Positions 50,211 to 61,479 of a DNA stretch of 64,000 nucleotides are shown here, piece by piece. Source of the stretch: Macrostomum lignano (lineage: Eukaryota); the NCBI GenBank assembly GCA_002269645.1, contig NIVC01003215.1, positions 1 to 64,000 of the forward strand. The letters are read 5' to 3'. The translations under genes and the position numbers were made by a program. The number at the start of each line of letters is the position of its first letter. Position 1 is the first letter of the stretch. The notes under the pieces were generated by a model that made no database searches, had not been told where the DNA came from, and saw only the letters and a list, made by a program, of their open reading frames with translations.

Positions 50211-51979
50211 TGATATATATTAATATAGTATTATGTAGGCCTAATATTGATGAACATTATATACATTTACAATAATATCATTTTGGATGGTAGTGAGGTG
50301 GAGCAGAGAAAAGGATTGGGTTCTTCTAGTTTTTTGGATAGAGGTTTCTTAACTTTTGAAATGCCACCTTTGTTATCTTGGCACTCACAAAGCTGGAAAA
50401 ATTTCACAGGATGATTCAAGCACTTTTTTTCTTTGTTACTCTGACTGCCAGGTTCTCAAGTCTGGGGGAAGGGTAGTTGTAATTGCAGTAGAGCAGTCAT
50501 TAGAGCAGCACGGTCATTCAGATGGTATAGACACCGGAGATTATGACACTGTAGAATGTAGATGTCGAAATGCTAAGGCTGAGCTGATTACTCTTAGTAG
50601 GGTAGAGCTACCACCACCATAATTTACATATTATGGAATGTTATAGTCTCAAACTTTCTTTGAGTTGAAGACCTTGGTTATTTGCCCCACAGGCAAATGA
50701 CTTAAGATAGACTAGTGTGACTTTAGTTAATTGAAGAAGAAAACTTAAACAGAAATTAATATTTTATTTAATTTTGTTGGCAAGTTTAATAATGTCAAAA
50801 CTAATAGTTATTTAGGCGACAAAGAATGAATTATGTGAGTTAATGGCTGATCTAGTATGCCAGGATGCTAAGCTAATTTGACTTAAAGAGCAATAAACTT
50901 AAAGACCAATACCAAACAAAATTAACCAAGGGGTTGAGAAAAGAGAAAGAAAGTTAAAGTGAGCATATCAAATTCTCAGTAATTAAATAAGTTAGAAAAG
51001 GCATTAGGACATTAGTTGGAATACGCAAGTCCAAAATTGGGGCCAAAGCCGGAAGCCACCAATGGCATATCCAAAGGGCGAAGCAGAAAATTAAACAAAA
51101 ATTAAGCAAAAGTTATTAGAGCATGGGGGTGGGGCAACAATCGGACCATAGACAGAAAAAGGCAGACCACATGAGGGCGCAACAATGGGACCAACCCAAG
51201 GGGCAAGCCTGGGAAAGGGAGATGGTGGAAAACTCCTCAAAATTATTCACACCTCATGGTAGACAGAATGGACCAAGCCTGGGGGACAAAAAAAACAGTG
51301 GTAGCCCCACCTACCACAGTTGGAAAGGCAAAAATGTTTATAGTAATTTGTAGATATCTACCTATGCAAAATATCTAATCATTATTTGTATATATTAATT
51401 TTGACATTTTGTTTGTTTGCCCATCCTTCTTTGTTTGCTATCTCTTCTAAGAATGTCAGTAAGTCATTCCTTTAAGATATCTTCTTCAATGAAGGAGTTC
51501 AGCTTATACCATGTATATACTTTATGTTACCTTGCCCCATCTACATGTTATTACTCTTATCCATGTAGAGCTCTCACTTACTTCATAGTTATATATACTT
51601 TCTTGGTCTTGTCAGCATTATATCTAGCAGTGATATTGTCTATTGGCAGAGATCAATTATTAAAAGGGAAAAGTGTTCATTTTCTAGCCTTGTGCCAAAC
51701 ACTACCAAACTGGAAATGTAGAAAAATGAGTAAAAGAATTTGTTTACTTCCTTATGAAAAGATGAGGTCTCATTTTGCTAGCAAAATATTAGCAACATTT
51801 TACTAGAAAAATAGTAGCAGAATGTTACTATTATTCAGTAGCAAAATGTTAGCAAATTTATCTTACAATTCATGACTATTTTGCCAGGGTTTAGTTACCT
51901 TTTAATTTCTTTAAAATTTCATTTTTATTGATTTCATTTGCATGGAAAGCAATTTTTAATACAATAGTATTGTTTATAT

Positions 51980-52344
51980 TAGAGGTCGGACAAGCAGAAA
52001 ATTTTGGTTGGGCGTGAAATTTTGTGAAATTTTCAAAGTCGGGTGTGATCATGATCGTGATCGTGAATTTATATTTGCATATATGTATTTTGAGCTTGTA
52101 AGTTACAAGTGTTGAAAATAGCAAAACAAGAAAAGAAATATTTATAAATTGATAATAGCTACTCGGTAATACTGTCAAGTCAACAAATTTAAAATTTATT
52201 ACTCTTTTACACATTTGTATTCACATATTTTGGTAAACCAAGTAGAAAAGTTATACTTCTAATAAAAATGTAATAAAGCGGAAATTCACAACTGTCGTGA
52301 ACGGGTTTCAAGGAAATCATGATCGTGATCATGTCCGACCCCTA
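51980..52344. mobile_element. hAT-like MITE, 365 bp, TAG...CTA termini, 8-bp TSD GTTTATAT
   Basis: TIRs TAGAGGTCGGACA and TGTCCGACCCCTA. GTTTATAT occurs at 51972-51979 and 52345-52352. Confidence 0.88.
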
Positions 52345-55300
52345 GTTTATATTGTATTTTCCCTTTCACAAGAATTTAAACCTCTATACCCTTTTTCAGC
52401 CAAAAAAAGCTTTAAGGAACAAAAAACTGCTCTTACATTTTTAAATATTAGATTTGTCAATGTTGTGAGAAAATTAATCTATTAATATGCCAACTTATAT
52501 ATTATATACAAGTTAAAAAAACAAAAAAGAAAAACTATTGTGCAAAAAATCCATGAATGAAAACTTATAAATGTCATAAAACTTCATACAATTCTTCATA
52601 TTTTATTAATTATTATTTTTGGATGTTCTTGTCCTTAGCTTTTTTAGTAAACTGATCTTGTTATCATTTGATATAATGGCTACACTAGGAAGCCTGACCA
52701 GGAGATCAGCCAAAGGGACCATCTTTTACTAGTATTGCCTTTATTCTTCATCAACTTCAGATGTTTTTTATGATTTTTCTTTGCTTTCAGTTGTCTTTGG
52801 TATTGAATGGCAAATTGCCTCTAAAATTATATAGGTAAATTCCCTATTGGAATAAGTTTCAAAAACCCATGGGCATGCAACATGGGTGCAAAAATTGTGC
52901 CCTAAAAAGTGTGATGCAACACCAAATTTTGTTGACAGGGGGGAGGGCAATGCAGCAATATGACATCAATGCAACTGAATGACCAGGGGTAGGGTGGGGG
53001 GGGGAGAACGCCATAGCAGCCACGTTGCATGTTGCCCAACTAGTCGTCCTAGCCCCAAGACCATGGGGCAAGGGACAAGAGTATTCCTTTCAATTTTGTG
53101 GAAAAAGAAATGAAATTTAAAAACAATAAAAAGTAAAACAACTTTAAAAATACATTAAAAAATCATGTCATTAAATTAGTTTATAAAAAACATGAAAATA
53201 GATCAAAGTTTTTTGGCTTATAAAATCTAATAATGAGCTTTTTTAATTATGCCTATTTATCTTTTTATCTGATTGTTGTAAAAATGCAATATAGCCTAAA
53301 AACTATAGCAGGCCTAAGCTAGGCTAAACATTAAAATCTATCAAAATGAATGATGTATCTATGTAAAAAATGGAAGTTATTTAAGGAATCAAATCTAAGG
53401 TCCAATGGTAATAAAAAAGATCTTATAAGATTTTTAAACTTCCAAAAAAATCTAAGCAAAATTTTTACTTTTAAAAAGCTTAAGTCTGTTTAAGAAATCA
53501 GTAGCAGCAATAGCATTATAGTCACAGAGCTAGGCCTATATAATCTATTGTTATTTTCTTCCAGCTTTTTAAAGTCAGTCTGAGATTGAGAAGAAGAAAT
53601 AAAAATTTTAGATAAAAAATCTAGGAATCTAGTAATATCTGGAATTGAGAATAACTATGTTGATTATTATCAACTAATAAATTAAATGTTCTAAACATTA
53701 AAAGTTATAATAAACATTCAAGTTGTTAATCTCAGAAATTCAATGACCCATCTTACAAAGTAGACTTAGTAGAGCAGTGTCATATTAAAAAAAGACATTT
53801 TTTAATTTATAACAATGCTTTTTAGCTTAGTAAACTTTCTATAACATAAAGAAAAATTATTTCTAAAAATACAATAAATAGTAGAAACTAAATTAAAAAT
53901 ATAAATACAACTACAATAATTCACATAAATTATTTGTTTTTTTATAATTAACTATGTAAGCCATTCATTTCTTTGTCGCTATAATTGCTCTAAAACATAT
54001 ATTTAGCATAAATTTACTTTTAAGAGATCTTTACTCTTTTTTTAAAGTAATAAAAAGCCACAAACAATGTTATAAGAGGCAGCCAACATGGACTATTAAT
54101 TGGTAGCAAATTGTGGCAAAATTGTTGCCAAAGGAAAAGCTATTAAAAGTTTTGAGATTTGTACTACACTTATGTTTGGTGGTTTTTAGGCATTTTATAC
54201 TAGGTGTTCCTGGTAATTTTAAGCACATTTTCCATTTTTCTATGTCTACATTACCAACCAAGCATTTCTCTAGCATTTTGCCAGCTCATTTTTCACAGGG
54301 TTATTAAGTAAAGATTATGTACTCATTTTTGCAATTTTTTGTAGCAGTTCTAATGACAAAACTTCAAGAAACAAAATTAAATGAGGTGGAATAAAATTCC
54401 ACAAATAAAAAACATACAAGTAACTTTGATTGTAGTCTTTTTTAATATATCTGTCAATTTCATTTGACCACTGCTGAGAAGGATGTCTGCCTCATTGTTC
54501 ATTAGACTAATGGTGCAACTACTGGTCATTAGTTGATGCTAGCAATGCAATTAATATGTGTAATACCTGAAGTATAAGTAAATTAAATTAGCTTTGCAAG
54601 ACTTCAAGATTGTAATTTAATACTTCAATAAGCTGCCATGAGGATAAGCTGAACACATCTGTGTGAATAAAATTGGAATTATCACCATGGGACATGGGGA
54701 TAAGCACTTCCTTTAGCATAAAGGTTTGGTATAGATTATAGGCCTAGTGAAATGGTATATGGTAAAAGAGGGATAGGTAGTGATGATAAGATTGGATGGT
54801 GAGTTTGAATGATCTTAAAACATTTAATCTTGATTAAATAAATTATACAAAGTATATAAAGCTTAGTTATTTTTAAATGAACAATAAAAATGTAAACAAA
54901 TAATTGTATAAACTATTTATATAACACTAATATTTGTGTAAAAGTGTATGATATATAATGTACAATATGCTAGCAGAATGTTTATTTAAAAGCAACTATA
55001 GCTATTGCCTACCACACTCCAAATCATAAAGTATATGCCTGAAAATTTTGGTGTGTTTAAAGTTAAACACACAAAAGTTAAATGTGCATAATTGGCATGC
55101 ATTATTCCTAAGAAAGTAATATGCATGCATACCTAGCATGCACTATCTAAAATCAAACAGAAAAGTTAGTACAGTTTGAACAATGAACAATGAAAAGTTT
55201 TTTAAGCATAAAGCTTTCCAGTTTTTTAGTTTGTAATAAAGCATTTAAACAGTTTTTGTGTATATGCTACAAGTATTATAAGCAAAAAAAAGAAAAAATC

Positions 55301-55737
55301 TACCATTAAAGGTCATTTATTGTTGCAACACTAGCCTACATTTAGGACTATAGGCATGCACTCAAAGAAGTATATTAGAGACCCTAACTTTATGACCTTT
55401 CAGAGCAAAGTTTTTTCAGGTAGCTAGATGCAATTTCTAAACTGTATCAAAATTATGAAATGCTAATTAAAGAAAGAATTCCTATCTAAAACAACCAAGA
55501 GCCAAATTTCTTGTAGTGTAGCCTAGATGGACTCTAGCTTTCACTCATAGTTCATCAAAACATGAAAGCGTAGACCTCAGTTTTATACAGCCAACATAGA
55601 TAGCTAGTCTGTTAGAGGCAGTCTTGACGCATTAATGTAGAAAAGGTATTGTGCAAATTAGTAGTAAATAAGTGTATTAATTTGTGTTCTCTAATTTTCT
55701 GCCTCGGAAGCCGGAGTGCGCGGCGCATCACTCCCAG

Positions 55738-57820
55738 ATGGACACTGACGCCCCCGCTGCCTCCGCCACCGCCGCCGCCGACTCCAGCTCCGCCCCGACG
55801 ATGGATAGCGGCCTGTTTGCCGACTCCGGCATCGGCGCAACCGAGATGGAAAACGAAATTTCCTCCGCTAGCAGCGCCACGCCTGGGTCGCTTTGCTTCC
55901 GCGACATGATGAGCCGGCTGCCTCCGGTGCACAGGCAGGGACTCAAGCGGCTGATCGGGTATGCTCAGAGGCAGAAGAATCCGCGCTTAATTGGCACCCG
56001 GATAGCCGTAGAGCAGGTGGACTTCCTGGCTGAGCTGGACGACTACGACCGCTCCGGATTCCTGCTGGACTGCCTGTTCAAACGGGCCGGCTTTGATGCG
56101 GCCACCTGCGCCCTAATGCGCCTCGTCAGCTCCCGATGGCGTCAGCTAGTTGATAGGTCTGTCTGTTGTAAATGGGCTTTTTGTTGCTTGATGCTATTTA
56201 CTGACGCCACTATATTCCCGATTGTCGCCTCTATATTCCCGATTGGCGCCTCTATATTCCCGATTGGCGCCTCTATATTCCCGATTGGCGCCTCTATATT
56301 CCCGATTGGCGCCTCTAGATTCCCAATTGGCGCCTCTATATTCCCGATTGGCGCCTCTATATTCCCGATTGGTGTCTAGATGTCCTTATAGTGGTGCCTG
56401 GACTATCCTATAGTGATGCCTGGACTATCCTATAGTGATGCCTGGACTATCCTATAGTGATGCCTGGACTATCCTATAGTGATGCCTGGACTATCCCATA
56501 GTGATGCCTGGACTATCCTATAGTGATGCCTGGACTATCCTATAGTGATGCCTGGACTATCCTATAGTGATGCCTGGACTATCCTATAGTGATGCCTGGT
56601 CTATCCTATAGTGATGCCTGGACTATCCCATAGTGGTGCCTGGATATCCCATAGTGGTGCCTGGGTTTCCCATAGTGGTGCCTGGATATCCCATAGTAGT
56701 GCCTGGATATCCCATAGTGGTGCCTGGATATCCCATAGTAGTGCCTGGATTTCCCATAGTGGTGCCTGGGTTTCCCATAGTGGTGCCTGGATATCCCATA
56801 GTGGTGCCTGGATATCCCATAGTGGTGCCTGGATATCCCATAGTAGTGCCTGGATTTCCCATAGTGGTGCCTGGGTTTCCCATAGTGGTGCCTGGATATC
56901 CCATAGTGGTGCCTGGATATCCCATAGTGGTGCCTGGATATCCCATAGTGGTGCCTGGATATCCCATAGTGGTGCCTGGATATCCCATAGTGGTGCCTGG
57001 ATGCTGCACAATAGCATCTTGGCAATCCAAAGTGGCGGCTCCGAACCTTTTCTTGAACGTCGAATTCTCTTTTGAACTAAATTACTTTTTCTCTCCACTC
57101 CCTAGATTCGGCACCCGTGGTGGCCCGGCCAGAAACGACGTCGGGGCTGGTGGCAGAGCCGACAAAGACACGACTAGCCGTCGCCATCATCGCCGTCGGC
57201 GTCGGAAACATCGCCGAGCCACGCTGGACAGCTCGTCGACGTCTTCTATAGAAAATCGCAGCCTAAACGAAAGCGGCGCCGGCGCCAGCCGTCGGAGCAG
57301 CTTGTCGGCCGCTTCAACTGTCGTTCCTAGCGCCGGCGGGACCTTCGGTGACGCGCAGTTATCGGCGGCGGTTGCCATGGAGACGTCGCCGGCGCCATCG
57401 ACATCCAGTCCGGCTTGGCCCAGCCAGCCGCCGCGGCGTGCTTTGAGGATGGCACCGCCAGTCGCCGTGGTTGACAGTTTTCAGGCCGACGCCGGCGAAG
57501 CCGCTAGCGTCGGTGGCAGCAGCGGCGGCGGCGGCGGCCGCTTGTTCGACGCATTCGTTGAAGAAAGCAAGCGGCTGGTGAACAATCAGGGCCTGCGCCC
57601 GTGTCCGCGCTGCCGCTGGCCGGCCAGAGTCGATCCGGACACCCGCATCGGGCGTTGCACCCGGCCGGAGACCGAGTGCGGCTTTGCCTTCTGCCTGAAC
57701 TGCCTGACCGACGGGCACCTGTACCGCCACTGCCCGTTCCTGCTGCAAACCAGCCCAGTAAAGCCGCCTCCGCCGCCGAAGCAGCGGCTTAGCTTGAAAA
57801 AGCGGCTGCATCGGCTTTGA
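55738..57820 (+). CDS. fbxo5: Emi1/Emi2/Rca1-like APC/C inhibitor (F-box, ZBR zinc finger, RL tail); exons about 55738-56155 and 57106-57820
   Basis: RLIGTRIAVEQVDFLAEL...VSSRWRQLV resembles the Emi1 F-box. ZBR: CPRC...C..ECGFAFCLNC...H...C. The C-terminus KKRLHRL* matches the Emi RL tail. DSGxx motifs lie near the N-terminus. The splice GAT AG|A TTC is in frame. Confidence 0.85.
56207..57002. repeat. Two abutting, related 21-bp intronic minisatellites (about 8 and about 29 copies)
   Basis: TATTCCCGATTGGCGCCTCTA followed by TATCCCATAGTGGTGCCTGGA. Confidence 0.95.
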
Positions 57821-59144
57821 ATGGTTTGGCTTAGTAGATTGTACGGTTAACTAGTCGCTGCTAAAATAATTATCAGACTGTGCTTTTATTGATTTTATGC
57901 AAGAAGGCTGAAATTCTTTACATTTCCTGTCCATTCATGATTTCTTTTCCGTTTGGAAGGACTGTTCTCATGCTCAGAGCAGAGCTCAATGGTGAGAACT
58001 GTTCTCATGCTTAATTTTTTTAGGACAAGCATTCGGCCTATCAAATTTACCCTACATAAGCTAAGCTTCATCAATGACCTATATTGCCAAAAATTCGTGT
58101 CATAAATCACAAATGCCAAGTCAAACAGCTGTCAAGTTGTATTTTTAGTTGGCCTGTCCGCCAGTGCTTTTCCACTGTGCTGTTTATTTTTTTAGCAACT
58201 TTTCTTTAATTAGTTTTTTAGCTTCTTATTGTGAAAAGCATTTTCAATTTGCAAGGCATTAGGCACTGTTGCGTCCGAAACTGTCTATAATTCTATATCA
58301 TTTTTGTATTTCGGAAACTTCCCAAGGTAATCATATTTTTCTATTGCAATTTTTATCTTAATCCCTGACGCCTGATTTATTGCTTGTACTTTTGTACTGA
58401 CTGCTCATCTTCACTTGTCAGCAGCTATTGACAATTTCAGTGTGTATTGATTCACGATTCTCCTACACCGAAACCAATCATCTTCATTATACCTGCCCTG
58501 TCGATATTATTTTCGCTTTGGCTAAGCCTGTCTCATCTATCAATAATCAATTCAATGTGAGCAGCTACATTTTATTTTCTCTGTCCCCGATCTGCTTATT
58601 TTTCACGTTTTTATAAACACTAAAACAAATCGGACCTTATTATTCAATCAATTAATCTGCTACAAATAATTTGTCGTCTCCATTTTTTTATTATAATAAT
58701 AATAGGATTATTAATTTGGGTGTGGTGTCAAAACTGGTGAGTAGTCAGTAAGGAAAATGGTTAGCTAATTAATTCCACTCGGGTTGGCACAAAGCCGATA
58801 TTCATACCAAGGAAGCGTGTCAAACAATTCATTGGAATCTTATACTTTGTTAGAAATATTATTTTCTGCAACAAATTATAGTGAAGCCACAAGAAATTTA
58901 TCAATTCCTGCGACTGCATCTCTCTTCCGTGGAAAGCAAAGCAGAGGGCGTAGCCAAACCACTCCCAAGTGCGGTAATAGACACTGTAAAAGTACGGCGT
59001 TACTATATATAAACACCATTATTATTGATATGATAGTGGGTTGGTTTCGATGCAGTTTTACAATTACGCTACTGTTAGTAGTTTCAGCTCGGGAAAATGT
59101 TAAAAGTTTGTTTAGATAATAGAAATAATTATATTTTTCGGGCT

Positions 59145-59963
59145 TGTACAAATTTAGACGTGAGGCCGTGGTTTTGTCTCGCATAGAGACGCCTAACCGC
59201 AGTCACTTCTGTGAAACTTGTCTCTGCCTGGCTGAAAGCTTGTAATGAGTGAGTAGGCTGGGTTGGAGGGTAATAGTGGATCGGGAGGGGCTGTGGGTAG
59301 CTGTATAGGAAGGCAGGCCTATACCTGTACCAAGGTGCTCTGACGGTATCCCTCAGGCGCCCTCTGAGCGTACAGCCAGCGACCCTATTAAAGCTGGAGT
59401 GTGCCAAAACCAGGACTGAGTCTGAGCAGGACGGGGCCGTTGGCACGGCCACTATAAAAATGGCGGGTTGGCGAAGCAAAGGGTGAAATAGTCCCGGCGA
59501 ATAGCCCTCCTGCCGCTTCAAAGATAAGAGACTGTCTGGCAAGAATACCCAGTGTTTAGTGGGGGGGGGAAGGCTCCTTCGGGTTGCCACGGCCGTGGGA
59601 GGGTCTTTATGACCGTTTTTGGCACTACTAACTCCGGAGAAGGCACGGGCTTCCCTGATTGGTTCACTTAACCCTCGCTGGTCCCGGGGAGGTTTAGTAT
59701 TGTGTCTGGAGTAGGTGTGACGCCCCGACAGCTAGGGGTAGGGCCCGCCCTCAGCCCGACTGATGTCGCCTGCTCGGTTTGATTGGTCACAGTCTCCTAT
59801 AGCCTAATTTAGAAGCCTAGTGTACCTGAGTACACTCCCAACCTGGAAACTAATTTATGTTAGTGGCGTAAGAGCCTATTCATTTGGCTTAGGCGCCGAT
59901 TTTACTTATTTTAGTTAGTTACGTGAGCTTATGGGGGATAGGAGGTAGATATTGCCAATTACA
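59145..59963. other. GC-balanced non-coding island with CCAAT and GC boxes (solo-LTR-like or promoter)
   Basis: A compositional step against AT-rich flanks, two CCAAT boxes and GGGCGG on the minus strand, and TGT/ACA at the approximate edges. No TSD found. Confidence 0.25.
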
Positions 59964-60154
59964 GGTGTGCAAAGATAGTCCTATTGCTTATAATACACGG
60001 GATCTTCTCATGCTTTGCTAATTTCTTCTCTATAATATTAGTAGACTAGTAGCCAAGTCACTGATCAGTCTCGACTTCTTATACATAAAAATCAATAATT
60101 GATCAATTGCAGGCCCCAGTGGCACTCTGTTGACCCCTCCGGCCATCAGTAGGC

Positions 60155-60439
60155 ATGAGCGCCCTGTCTAGCACTGCTCGCTACCAGTTCATCTACGCGC
60201 TGCCATCGCGACTGCAGGCTCCAGCCGAGCAGCCAGCAGCTGCGGCGGCGGCCGCCACAGTGGCAATGATCGGCAGGCGGCACCAGTTCTGCTGCCGAGA
60301 CGGTTGTAGCAATTTAGCCGTGAGCGATCCGCGCTGGGACTGGGAGTACTGCTCAGCCGACTGCTGCCTGGCTCACGTTGATGAAGTTCGCAGTCTGTTT
60401 GTTGAGCTTAATAACAGCGGCGATATGAACAAGATTTAG
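60155..60439 (+). CDS. 94-aa ORF with a TOX4-type C-terminal Cys/His motif and no HMG box
   Basis: CCRDGCSNLAVSDPRWDWEYCSADCCLAHVDEV aligns with the remembered TOX4 C-terminus [33 protein letters not shown]. The segment is GC-rich and exon-like. Confidence 0.72.
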   Translation: MSALSSTARYQFIYALPSRLQAPAEQPAAAAAAATVAMIGRRHQFCCRDGCSNLAVSDPRWDWEYCSADCCLAHVDEVRSLFVELNNSGDMNKI

Positions 60440-60844
60440 CAGTTTTTATTTTCGATATGATGCGTCAGCTCGTACTCTCGCTAAAGGCAGCCATCAGTTA
60501 TCAGAATTACTTTCATAATTTCTCTGCTTGTACAGTGAAATGAAATCTATGAGCTAGGTTTTTACTACGGTACCAGTGCTGTTTGTAGTGTTGATTGTAA
60601 TAAACAAAAGAATTTTGCATTTTTATCATAAAGCAGCTCATATACAAGTAAGTGTTGAAACTAGTTACTACAATTAAAGCTTTGTGGCCTATGTGGTTTA
60701 TGCGTCTGCCTTCTAAACATTCTTTTCAAGCAGTTTATATTTTAATAAAAATTTGATTCGCCTCTTTTATTTCTGTTCCTAACTTCTTATCTGATCTTTA
60801 CTGATTTTTTCCAGGGTCCATAAATAACTGATCTCTTAGCTAAG

Positions 60845-61352
60845 ACAGATAAGCCAGGCACCCAACTGTACATTGGGGCAGATAAGCCAGGCACTCAACT
60901 GTATATTGGGGCAGATAAGCCAGGCACTCAACTGTATATTGGGGCAGATAAGCCAGGCACTCAACTGTATATTGGGGCAGATAAGCCAGGCACTCAACTG
61001 TATATTGGGGCAGATAAGCCAGGCACCCAACTGTATATTGGGGCAGATAAGCCAGGCACCCAACTGTATATTGGGGCAGATAAGCCAGGCACCCAACTGT
61101 ATATTGGGGCAGATAAGCCAGGCACTCAACTGTATATTGGGGCAGATAAGCCAGGCACTCAACTGTATATTGGGGCAGATAAGCCAGGCAGTCAACTGTA
61201 TATTGGGGCAGATAAGCCAGGCACCCAACTGTATATTGGGGCAGATAAGCCAGGCACCCAACTGTATATTGGGGCAGATAAGCCAGGCACCCAACTGTAT
61301 ATTGGGGCAGATAAGCCAGGCACCCAACTGTGTATTGGGGCAGATAAGCCAG
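60845..61352. repeat. 33-bp minisatellite (GGGGCAGATAAGCCAGGCACYCAACTGTATATT), about 15 copies, immediately 5' of the CCR4 coding exon
   Basis: Direct inspection; 11-aa periodic ORFs. Confidence 0.95.
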
Positions 61353-61479
61353 CAATTCAGAGAGCAGCAATTTTGCAGCCGGGCAAACCGCAGCAGCCCA
61401 GTTTAACCGCCGCCGCACAGACAAGCGCAAGACAGGAAGGAAGACGCATCAGCCAGCAGGTGAACGCGGTGGACAGACG

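Noticed and set aside
60677-60716. tRNA-Arg-like 5' half (GTGGCCTATGTGGTTTATGCGTCTGCCTTCTAA)
   Set aside because: No T-arm, B-box or acceptor-stem partner. At most a SINE or tRNA relic, not a tRNA gene.
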